Source: a bacterium
GTDB taxonomy: Bacteria > Zhuqueibacterota > Zhuqueibacteria > Oceanimicrobiales > Oceanimicrobiaceae
NCBI GenBank assembly: GCA_046757025.1
Contig: JBHHXN010000123.1
Span: 1-15,775, forward strand
Reading direction: 5' to 3'
Length of the DNA stretch: 15,775 nt
The notes under the pieces are model-generated. The model made no database searches. It saw nothing but the letters and a program-made list of their open reading frames with translations, and was not told the origin of the DNA. Positions 7,952 to 15,566 of the stretch are shown piece after piece. The translations under genes and the position numbers were made by a program. Within the stretch, counting starts at the first letter, position 1; every line of letters starts with the position of its first letter.

Positions 7952-8290
7952 ATGACTCAAAACAGCCCGCCGCAGCAGATCAATGTCGAGCTTGGTGAAA
8001 AAGAATCCGAAGGTATCTACTCGAATCTGGCGCTGATTTCGCACTCACCTGGTGAGTTTGTTATCGATTTTACCCGCATGCTGCCCGGCGTGCCCAAAAC
8101 CCGGGTTTACGCCCGCATCGTGATGACGCCGCAGCACGCTAAATCGTTTTTGAAAGCCATGGCAGACAACGTCGGTAAATATGAAAAGCAGTTTGGCGAG
8201 ATCAAAATACACGGCACTCCGCCCAACATCCAGCAGCAGATTGGCTTCAAACCAGCAGAGCCAGAAAAGAATACGGAAAAAAAGCAATAA
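7952..8290 (+). CDS. DUF3467 domain-containing protein
   Basis: QINVELGEKESEGIYSNLALISHSPGEFVIDF...VYARIVMTPQHAKSFLKAMADNVGKYEKQFGEI matches the DUF3467 pattern. Start moved to ATG 7952 because of the AAGGAG SD and the upstream promoter (112 aa). Confidence 0.9.
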   Translation: MTQNSPPQQINVELGEKESEGIYSNLALISHSPGEFVIDFTRMLPGVPKTRVYARIVMTPQHAKSFLKAMADNVGKYEKQFGEIKIHGTPPNIQQQIGFKPAEPEKNTEKKQ

Positions 8291-8408
8291 CGCAGAGGTG
8301 TTTTCTTTAGGCGCTTAGTGCCGTACATCGACAAAATTTTGTCGCAAATATTCAAAATAATTTTAGCCCGGATAAACCCACGACAGCGAAGCCGTAACCC
8401 AATATTTT

Positions 8409-8554
8409 AGCCACGGATGAACCCAGATTGACACGGATACAATTTTCGGACTATTTATTGTGCAGAATGATTTTAACACCATGGCAAATAATTGCAAATC
8501 ATAAATGATCAATTATTCTGCCATATCCGTGTTCATCGGTGTTAATCCGTGGCT
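8409..8554. mobile_element. Miniature nested inverted-repeat element (10-bp tandem arms AACACGGAT[GT])
   Basis: 8409-8439 vs reverse complement of 8524-8554 match 26/31, each arm about three tandem units. Inner inverted pair GCAGAATGATT (8462-8472) / AATTATTCTGC (8511-8521). Confidence 0.75.
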
Positions 8555-8575
8555 GAGCTTTACTGCGTCCACCCT

Positions 8576-8624
8576 CTTTTCGCAGCATTGTCTGCGAAAA
8601 GGCTTAGGCGCTTACAACGCCTAA
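8576..8624. other. Two adjacent hairpins at the 3' end of the minus-strand operon (possible terminator or RNA-stabilising structure)
   Basis: CTTTTCGCAG/CTGCGAAAAG 10-bp stem (8576-8601). TTAGGCG/CGCCTAA stem (8604-8624) overlaps the ferredoxin stop codon and is followed on the minus strand by GCCTTTT. Confidence 0.45.
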
Positions 8625-9037
8625 AACAGCGGCTTGCCGATCATTTCGAACAGCATGAAGATGGCGAAGAACAGCGTGCCGCCGCCAAACACCAGCACCG
8701 CCGCGCCCACTTTCAGCGATTCGTGCATCTGTTCGCCGTATTCCAATGCGGGTGCGATGCTCACTTTGGCGTCGTCCAGTAGTTTTGCCTGGCAGGCGAG
8801 ACGAACTTTGCCATCCTGCCCCACGTGCAGCTTTTCTTTCCAGGTGGGCACCGACACACAATCTTTGGGCGCTACGGTGATGCGGTCGCTGCCGCACAGA
8901 CCGAAACCGCGACAGTTCAGATATTTGTTGACGCCGCCATGAACGGGCACTTTATTGGCATGGGCGATTTTGCGGATATCGTCGCCTTCTTTGGCGGTGA
9001 CGGTGACATTGGCTTCTTCGAATTGAATAGCTGGCAT
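8621..9037 (-). CDS. [2Fe-2S] ferredoxin-type protein with C-terminal membrane anchor
   Basis: NCRGFGLCGSD and RLACQ motifs of the Fer2 family. Hydrophobic C-terminus VGAAVLVFGGGTLFFAIFMLF. SD GAGGAG upstream. Confidence 0.85.
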   Translation of the reverse strand: MPAIQFEEANVTVTAKEGDDIRKIAHANKVPVHGGVNKYLNCRGFGLCGSDRITVAPKDCVSVPTWKEKLHVGQDGKVRLACQAKLLDDAKVSIAPALEYGEQMHESLKVGAAVLVFGGGTLFFAIFMLFEMIGKPLF

Positions 9038-9122
9038 GAACTCTCCTCGTAACTATTTTTAAAATAATTTATTTCCTGATGAACACAACTTGAGATTTAT
9101 AACCCCGGCTTTGTTTGCCTTT

Positions 9123-9914
9123 TCATTCCGTGTGCGTCAGCTCATGAATGCGCTGTTCAGCCATTTTTGCCACTTCGGTGTTGGGATAGTGCTGCACGAT
9201 GAGCTGCCAGTTTTTTGAGGCGTCTTCTTTATTACCGGTAGATGCATAAATTTCTCCTAAATAAAACAGCGCAAACGAATACGTAGGATCTTTGACCAGG
9301 ACTTCCTTCATTTGCGCGATGGCTTCATCGGTTCTTTTTAAATTATGATAGGTTAGACCCAGAGCAATTTTCACATCTTTATTGTTCGGCTCAATGGAGA
9401 GGTGCTGCTCGTAATACTGGCTGGAGACCTCATAATTTCCCGCAATGGCATACATGATGGCCAGGCTATCGATGGAAACGAGATCTTTTGGATTGGTTTC
9501 CACATTTTGTTTCAAACGTTCGAGGGTCGCATGCACGTTACCCATATCGGCTTGCGACATGCCGGCGGTTCCGGCGCTGGCCGTGCTGGCGTTGTTTTTC
9601 GGTCCCGGATTTTCATTTTGCCAGAACAGTAAAACGATGATAGCCACAAATATGGGAATAAACAAAAAAGGTCCCACCGTGGTTAGCCAGTTCTTTTGAA
9701 CAGACCCGGCAACACCGGTGCTATTCACCGACCTTGCTCGCGAGCCTTTGCCAGGGGGAGCCGGTTCACCACAACTGTGGCAAAAGCGGGCGTCGGGTTT
9801 GAGTGGCGCGCCGCAGCTCACACAACCGGCGGCCTGGTTTTCGGTTTTGGCGCCGCATTCGGGACAGAATTGCGCACTGGCAGGCATTTTCGCGTTACAT
9901 TGGCTACAGTTCAC
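9123..9914 (-). CDS. Double zinc ribbon - TM - TPR membrane protein
   Basis: CSQC/CPEC and CVSC/CHSC pairs, TM PFLFIPIFVAIIVLLFW, and about three C-terminal TPRs. GTG start overlaps the upstream TGA (GTGA), with SD GAGGAG. Confidence 0.85.
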   Translation of the reverse strand: MNCSQCNAKMPASAQFCPECGAKTENQAAGCVSCGAPLKPDARFCHSCGEPAPPGKGSRARSVNSTGVAGSVQKNWLTTVGPFLFIPIFVAIIVLLFWQNENPGPKNNASTASAGTAGMSQADMGNVHATLERLKQNVETNPKDLVSIDSLAIMYAIAGNYEVSSQYYEQHLSIEPNNKDVKIALGLTYHNLKRTDEAIAQMKEVLVKDPTYSFALFYLGEIYASTGNKEDASKNWQLIVQHYPNTEVAKMAEQRIHELTHTE

Positions 9915-10774
9915 TCGATTCTCCTCTCTTTAAACTTGATGTAGTCACTGAATATTTTTTCAAGGGTGTCAATTTTATTGCGTTGATTGCTCTGATGGTA
10001 GATGAGTACGAGATTCCGGATCATGCGCGCAAGTATCTCTTTCGGCGTCGAAATCGCCAGGTAGGATTCGTGAAACTCGTAACCCATTTTGTTTAAAAAT
10101 CGCTCACAGTCATCCCGGGTAAGTATTTTGCCGCCGTGGAACGCGTCGATGTAAAACAGATCGGTGTCGCGTTTGTATTTGAGCAGAAAATGGCCGGGAA
10201 AACTTACCCCGTAGATGGGCAGGTCTAATCGTTTGGCGATAAAAAGATACAGCGCCGACAAGCTGATGGGAATGCCCAGACAACGATCCAGCACTTTGTT
10301 GATGTAGCTGTTCTCTGGCTCGAAATAAGCATCCACATTGCCGCGAAATCCCTGCTCAGAAAACAGCAGGTGATTGATGTGCTCCACTTGCAAAATTTCT
10401 TCCCGTACGCCCCAGATTCTCTTCTCAGCTTCCACCGCCAGGTTTTCAATTTTAGAGATGTAATGGGCCACATCTAACTGCGGATATTCGATCTGAGCTA
10501 AAATAAAGCAGACATGCTCCAGATCGAAATGGGGCGATTGGATTCTGCACTGAAATTTGTTACGCAAATTTTCCAGACGGATTTCCTCTAACAGCGCCTG
10601 TGTCTCAATTCGGATGCGACCTTCGGAATCGTTAAAGGCCACTTCACGGAGAAACGGTTCCGCCAGCTCACCCAGGCCTCGGAGCTTGTCCCACACCAAA
10701 TTGCGAATGCTCGGATCATCGTCTCCCAGCAAAGTAATCAGTGCACGGATTTGTTTATCGAGTCGGGTACTCAT
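9911..10774 (-). CDS. SirB1-like / transglutaminase-like (Transglut_core2) protein with N-terminal HEAT-like helices
   Basis: GFRGNVDAYFEPENSYINKVLDRCLGIPISLSALY, GVSFPGHFLLK, YIDAFHGG and ILARMIRNL motifs. Confidence 0.9.
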   Translation of the reverse strand: MSTRLDKQIRALITLLGDDDPSIRNLVWDKLRGLGELAEPFLREVAFNDSEGRIRIETQALLEEIRLENLRNKFQCRIQSPHFDLEHVCFILAQIEYPQLDVAHYISKIENLAVEAEKRIWGVREEILQVEHINHLLFSEQGFRGNVDAYFEPENSYINKVLDRCLGIPISLSALYLFIAKRLDLPIYGVSFPGHFLLKYKRDTDLFYIDAFHGGKILTRDDCERFLNKMGYEFHESYLAISTPKEILARMIRNLVLIYHQSNQRNKIDTLEKIFSDYIKFKERRIE

Positions 10775-10806
10775 TATTTGATATTCCGCAAGATGATTTT
10801 AGCCCT

Positions 10807-11451
10807 TTAATATTTGCGTCGGAAATGCAATTTATTAAAACGGTTTTCCGTGCCGTTTATCAGGCGTCGGATATTCGAACGGTGCGTGTAAAAGATCAGT
10901 CCGCTGATCAAAATGCTGAACACGTACAAGCCCCCCGGCACGCTCTTTCCCAACATTCTATCCAGAAGCATGAGCACCAGCGGCAGGGATGAAGCCGCGG
11001 TAATCGAACCCACCGACACATAGCGGGTGGTTAATACTAGAATCGCAAAGATGAAAAAACAAATAAGTGCGGCCCAGGGATAGAGTGCGATGATCATGCC
11101 CGCACCCGTAGCCACCCCTTTGCCGCCTTTAAATTTCGCCAGCACCGTCCAGATGTGACCGACGATTGCCGAGAGACCGGCCAATATTTGCACGTATTCG
11201 TAATTGATGTGCACCGCATCCACGCGGATTTTGGAAACCAGCAGCGTGGCTAACATCCCCTTGCCAATGTCCACCACCGCCACAAACAAGCCGGCCTTCC
11301 AGCCCAGCACGCGAAAGGCGTTGGTGCCGCCGGCGTTTTTACTGCCGTATTCTCGGATATCGATCCGACGCGTCATCCGGCCCACCACGATGCTGGTTGG
11401 GAAAGACCCCACCAGGTAGGACAACAACGCGATTATAATTAATGACCACAT
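10807..11451 (-). CDS. plsY: Glycerol-3-phosphate 1-O-acyltransferase PlsY
   Basis: SYLVGSFP, DIREYGSKNAGGTNAFRVLG, DIGKG, GHIWTVLAKFKGGKGVAT and HRSNIRRLINGTE motifs; multiple TM helices. Confidence 0.97.
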   Translation of the reverse strand: MWSLIIIALLSYLVGSFPTSIVVGRMTRRIDIREYGSKNAGGTNAFRVLGWKAGLFVAVVDIGKGMLATLLVSKIRVDAVHINYEYVQILAGLSAIVGHIWTVLAKFKGGKGVATGAGMIIALYPWAALICFFIFAILVLTTRYVSVGSITAASSLPLVLMLLDRMLGKSVPGGLYVFSILISGLIFYTHRSNIRRLINGTENRFNKLHFRRKY

Positions 11452-11454
11452 AGA

Positions 11455-13248
11455 TTATTCTCCTAAAAATGCCACTCCTGCCGCACCCGGGCCGGCATGC
11501 GCCCCTAAAGCGGGTGAGACGTTTACGATCATGATATTTTGCACTTCAAATTGTTTTTTGATATTTTCAACAAACCAGTCGGCCGTTTCCGGAGCGTTAG
11601 CGTGCGCCACGGCGAATCTCAAATTGCGCTTGCCCCGGGCGTCTTCACAAATTAGCTTCATAGTGGCTTTCAGAGCAGCCTTCCCGCCAAAAGTCTTGGC
11701 CAGGGTTTGAACTTTGCCCTCAATATCCAGAGTGAGAATGGGTTTGAGATTCAAAGCCATGGCCAGCAGACCTCGTGATCTACTCAGCCGGCCGCCGCGG
11801 ATCAGATACTCCACGGTGGCGACCGATACATAAAAACGCACATTTTTTATGGCGCGCTCAACCCGCGATCTCACCTCTTCCAGACGGCATCCTTCTTCGA
11901 TGGCCTGAGCCGCCTCGGCCACAATCAAACCCAGCCCCACGCTGGTGTTGCTGCTATCCATCACCAGAATTTTTTTATCGGCAGCGGACTTTGCGCCGGT
12001 CTGCGCCGCCTGCAGCGTGCCACTCACCGCGCCCGACAGATGAATGGAAATGGCTTCGTCGTAATGCCCCCACAATTCGTTGTAGGTATTTAAAAAATCG
12101 CCCGGTGTCGGCTGGGAAGTTTTAGGATAATGTGGCGATTCCTGTAACAATCGGTAAAATTCTTTGGGTGTGATGGTGATTTTATCAATGTAATTTTCAT
12201 TTCCAAACGACACCTGCACCGGCACCATTTGCACGTTGTGACGAATGATGAATTCCGGCGGCAGGTCACAGGAAGAGTCGGTTACCAAGGCAATTTTGGA
12301 AGTCGAATTTTCACCGTACGCCTGACTGTGCTGATCGCGCATGTCGTCGGTCTTTTGCTTGCTGATTGCGCCGAATTGCCGGGCGATATTGAAAACGGTT
12401 TCCGGCTCGTTGGTATGAATGTGGACCCGCAGCTTCTCCGAAGAGCCCGCCACGATGAGGGAATCGCCCAGCGAAGCGATTTCTTGTCGCAGCTTTATTC
12501 TATCCATCTGTTGGCCTTGGATGAAACACTCGGTGCAAAATTGGTAGGAAATGTCCTGAGGTGCATTTTTCACTATAGCACGCGGAATGAGCTTGCCACC
12601 GCCCAGTCCTACAGATTTATCGTACTTGCCGGATTCCATGAAATGCAGCACACCTTCCAGTAAATGCACAAACCCCTGCGCCCCGGCGTCCACTACTCCG
12701 GCTTTAGAAAGTAGCTTCAATTTTTTGGGGGTCTCTTTTAACGAACGCTGAGCCTCGTTTAGTCCCCTCCGCAGCAAGTCCATATAATCTTGTGAAATGT
12801 GACAATGATTTTTTATGTGGTTGGCCCAGTCGTGAATCACTGTGAGAATGGTGCCTTCTTTGGGCTCGGTGATGGCTTCGTAGGCGCCGTTTTTGGCCCG
12901 TTCGGCCGCTTCGCCAAAATGTTTGAGAGACGCCTGAATCTTGCCCCGAAAGCTGTCGGCCAGTCCCTGAAAAAATTGCGCCAAGATTGCGCCGGAATTA
13001 CCCCTCGCCCCCATGAGCGCGGAGTCCGCCAGACACTGGCTCATGCCGGAAATACTGAATTCCCGACAATTGATGGCGCCTTCGGCCACGCTTTGCATGG
13101 TCAGCGCCATGTTGGTGCCGGTGTCGTTGTCTGGCACGGGAAAAACGTTGATTCGGTTCAAATTCTCCTGCATCATGATAACCCGTCGGGCACCTGCAAT
13201 CACCGCCTGCCTCAGATGTTTACCGTCGATGGAGTCGATTTTCATCAT
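11455..13248 (-). CDS. Fatty acid kinase fusion: DAK2 (FakA-like) + DegV (FakB-like)
   Basis: FakA motifs NVFPVPDNDTGTNM, GARGNSG, EGTILTV, VDAG, FCTE and HIHTNEP. DegV motifs TDSSCDL, KTSQP, LSGAVSGT, GGR and HAGPG. Start placed at ATG 13248 (or 13245) because the ORF-track extension overlaps the promoter. Confidence 0.93.
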   Translation of the reverse strand: MMKIDSIDGKHLRQAVIAGARRVIMMQENLNRINVFPVPDNDTGTNMALTMQSVAEGAINCREFSISGMSQCLADSALMGARGNSGAILAQFFQGLADSFRGKIQASLKHFGEAAERAKNGAYEAITEPKEGTILTVIHDWANHIKNHCHISQDYMDLLRRGLNEAQRSLKETPKKLKLLSKAGVVDAGAQGFVHLLEGVLHFMESGKYDKSVGLGGGKLIPRAIVKNAPQDISYQFCTECFIQGQQMDRIKLRQEIASLGDSLIVAGSSEKLRVHIHTNEPETVFNIARQFGAISKQKTDDMRDQHSQAYGENSTSKIALVTDSSCDLPPEFIIRHNVQMVPVQVSFGNENYIDKITITPKEFYRLLQESPHYPKTSQPTPGDFLNTYNELWGHYDEAISIHLSGAVSGTLQAAQTGAKSAADKKILVMDSSNTSVGLGLIVAEAAQAIEEGCRLEEVRSRVERAIKNVRFYVSVATVEYLIRGGRLSRSRGLLAMALNLKPILTLDIEGKVQTLAKTFGGKAALKATMKLICEDARGKRNLRFAVAHANAPETADWFVENIKKQFEVQNIMIVNVSPALGAHAGPGAAGVAFLGE

Positions 13249-13284
13249 CTTACATTGTCGCCCAGAGTTGTTATTTTTTGTGTT

Positions 13285-13313
13285 AATGTAATTGCATTCC
13301 GGCAAAAAGTCAA
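13285..13313 (-). promoter_or_regulatory. Putative sigma70 promoter of the fak-plsY operon (TTGACT-17-TACATT)
   Basis: On the minus strand, -35 TTGACT (13313-13308), 17-nt spacer, -10 TACATT (13290-13285), about 37 nt upstream of the ATG. Confidence 0.6.
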
Positions 13314-13605
13314 GTGAAATGTCCTGTAATCCGTATTATGGATTGCCTCAGGCTGATTGGATTCACTATTCGTTGGGGCTGTCCAAAACAGCGAATATCT
13401 TTTCCATCACTTTAGGATAAAAATCGCTGTGGGTTATTTTTTTTTGATGAGTGGGAACGAATTCAAAAAAGCTTAGTGGAATAGTCTGGTTCATCGACTC
13501 AAATCAGTTGAAAAAATTGGATTTTCACATTAAGCCAGGTAACTGTTCAGCCGCTTGCTTATGGCAAGAAAAAAATCAAGGCAAAATAAATTACTGGCAA
13601 AATGA

Positions 13606-14142
13606 TTGACGGGGAAAACCCTGTCGACAACTCATGGCGTCGAAGTCAAAGCCATCTCGGATGAAGATTTTCGTTTACTTGATTACGAAGTCATGGGATT
13701 GGCCTTCTCGATTCATCGAGAACTGGGTAGATTTTGGAATGAAACGATCTATCAGAATGAGCTGGCCGCTCATTATCAGAAGGCTGGATTTGAAAAAGTG
13801 GCCACAAAGGTTCTATCAGAGTGGCCCAAGATGACAAATCTTGAAAAAGAATGGGGCGCTTTTCTTGGTACCAGCTTGTTTAATGAGGCAATTTATCATT
13901 TTTGTGACGGCGATGAGAACGCGGCCAGGAAAATTGCAATCAAAAATGACTCAAACATTCCTGGCCGGCAAAAAGTTCATTTGATCAATTCAGAAGTTGT
14001 TTTCACGATCTCATCCATTACGAAAGGCGAAACATTTTACGAGCAAGATCTTCGCCGGTGTATTCGGTTCGCGTCGTTAAAAGCGATGCAATGGAGCAAT
14101 TTTAACCATAATTGAATCATCTTCAAAGCGATTCTTCCTTAG
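13606..14142 (+). pseudogene. GxxExxY family (PD-(D/E)xK-like) protein, internally deleted with a probable premature stop
   Basis: VMGLAFSIHRELGRFWNETIYQNEL aligns to the GxxExxY N-terminus. A second half-repeat EWGAFLGTSLFNEAI follows, but the D...ELK nuclease core is absent. TGA at 14113-14115 is followed in frame by IIFKAILP-TAG. Confidence 0.7.
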
Positions 14143-14274
14143 TGCTTGCGCAAAAATAACTTGGAATTCTATCATGCTTCGACTCCGCTCAGCATGAGGT
14201 GTGTAGCTTCACACTGATTAGTCGAAGTGCGATAATTGCGGCTCAAGAATGGTATTTTATTTTTGCGCAAGCCC
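14142..14274. mobile_element. MITE with 18-bp TIRs and TTA target duplication
   Basis: GTGCTTGCGCAAAAATAA (14142-14159) / TTATTTTTGCGCAAGCCC (14257-14274), 17/18 match. TTA on both flanks (14139-14141, 14275-14277). Two oppositely oriented GTCGAAG hairpins inside. Confidence 0.8.
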
Positions 14275-14357
14275 TTAGCTTAGATTTTAAATGATTTTGC
14301 CTTCATAACTGAATAGTTACTAAACCAGAAGCTGTCAAAATAATTTCGGAGACTTCT

Positions 14358-15566
14358 ATGAAAAAAAAATTGCTCCTGCTTGGTATTTTCTGCACCCTGT
14401 TACTCATGCAACAGCCGGGAATCGCCCAGTCTACCCTGGACGACTTGAACCAGAACGCCATGAAATTGCTCATCGATGGCAAACAAAAAGAAGCCATCGA
14501 AGAATTTCAAAAAATCATCCAGTTAGATTCAACTTACGTCAACGCTTACATCAACCTTGGATTTGTCTATTATACCAACGGCATGCTCGATACCGCCATT
14601 TCGTTGTATTACAAGGCACTGGAAATCGACTCGCAAAATCCCATGGCGCACAACAATTTAGGCTCGGCTTTTCTGGCTAAAAACAAACACCAGGAAGCCA
14701 TCATCGAATATCTGGTGGCCATTAAACTCAATCCGGCTTACGCGGAAGCACATAACAATCTTTCATTTGCCTATTACTCGGTAGGTGCCATCGATAAAGC
14801 TATTGCAGAAGCGCAAAAAGCCATCGAGCTCAAACCCAACTATGCCAAAGCCTACAATTATCTGGGGATTGCCTACCATGCCAAAGGGCAATTCGATGAG
14901 GCCATCACGCAGTTCAAAAAAGCCTTGGAGCTCTCCCCAAATTTCATCTTCGCTTTAAATAATCTTGGGACCACTTACCGAACCAGGGGCCGGATTGAAG
15001 AAAGCATCCAGCAGTACAAGCAGGCCATTGTATTAGATTCATTGAACACCGAATCATTAAACGGCCTGGGGCTGGCGTACTTGAACAAAGGTGAACTGCA
15101 AAAATCCATCGATTCGTTTAAACGGGTGCTCGAAATTTCACCACAAAATCCGGTAGCCCACAACAACATTTCTTTCGCGTATTACGAAGACATGAATTAC
15201 AGCATGGCCATGCAGCACGCCAAAGCCGCCGAAAGACTGGGCATTAAAATCGATACCAAATATATCTCCGATTTAGAAAAAGCCCTAGATGCCAAGTACA
15301 TGCGAGTACGTCATATTCTCGTAGAAAAGCAAGCCGAGGCCGAATCGATATTAAATGAGCTAAAAAATGGCGCTCATTTTTCCGAGCTGGCCTACCAAAA
15401 ATCCATCGATACCAATTCGGCCAGAAACGGCGGCGATCTGGGTTATTTTCAAAAAGGCGATCTGTTAGCTGAATACGAACAGGTGATTGAAGCCCTCAAG
15501 ATCGGGGAAGTCAGTGGCATTTTAAAAACCGAACGTGGGTACCATATCTTCAAACGACTAAAATAG
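14358..15566 (+). CDS. Exported TPR-repeat protein with C-terminal parvulin-type peptidyl-prolyl isomerase domain
   Basis: Signal peptide MKKKLLLLGIFCTLLLMQQPGIA|Q, about 7-8 canonical 34-aa TPRs (AYINLG, AHNNLG, AYNYLG and others), and rotamase motifs VRHILV, FSELA, S.D..S..NGGDLGYF, GEVSGILKTERGYHI. SD GGAG upstream. Confidence 0.93.
   Translation: MKKKLLLLGIFCTLLLMQQPGIAQSTLDDLNQNAMKLLIDGKQKEAIEEFQKIIQLDSTYVNAYINLGFVYYTNGMLDTAISLYYKALEIDSQNPMAHNNLGSAFLAKNKHQEAIIEYLVAIKLNPAYAEAHNNLSFAYYSVGAIDKAIAEAQKAIELKPNYAKAYNYLGIAYHAKGQFDEAITQFKKALELSPNFIFALNNLGTTYRTRGRIEESIQQYKQAIVLDSLNTESLNGLGLAYLNKGELQKSIDSFKRVLEISPQNPVAHNNISFAYYEDMNYSMAMQHAKAAERLGIKIDTKYISDLEKALDAKYMRVRHILVEKQAEAESILNELKNGAHFSELAYQKSIDTNSARNGGDLGYFQKGDLLAEYEQVIEALKIGEVSGILKTERGYHIFKRLK

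Larger units (their letters stand above)
13539..14320. mobile_element. Non-autonomous TIR element carrying a GxxExxY gene
   Basis: TIRs GTAACTGTTCAG (13539-13550) / CTGAATAGTTAC (14309-14320), 11/12 match. Flanking direct repeats TAAGCCAG (13531-13538) / TAAACCAG (14321-14328). Subterminal inverted pair GGCAAAATGATT (13596-13607) / AATGATTTTGCC (14290-14301). Confidence 0.8.

Noticed and set aside
8409..8554. Possible CRISPR array or ncRNA
   Set aside because: The repeats are short tandem units in inverted arms with no repeat-spacer periodicity, and no cas genes are present. I recognised no known RNA family motif.
8549..8942. Alternative ORFs overlapping the ferredoxin gene
   Set aside because: The ferredoxin frame has an SD and family motifs; the others have neither.
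13249..13305. TTG-start N-terminal extension of the Fak fusion
   Set aside because: It overlaps the predicted -35/-10 promoter, and homology begins at MMKI.
11775..13317. Plus-strand ORFs opposite the DAK2-DegV gene
   Set aside because: Antisense shadows with no domain signatures.
14113..14200. In-frame TGA followed by a hairpin as a selenocysteine/SECIS signal
   Set aside because: The hairpin is ~60 nt downstream and belongs to a MITE. The position is not a plausible Cys site, and the gene is otherwise decayed.
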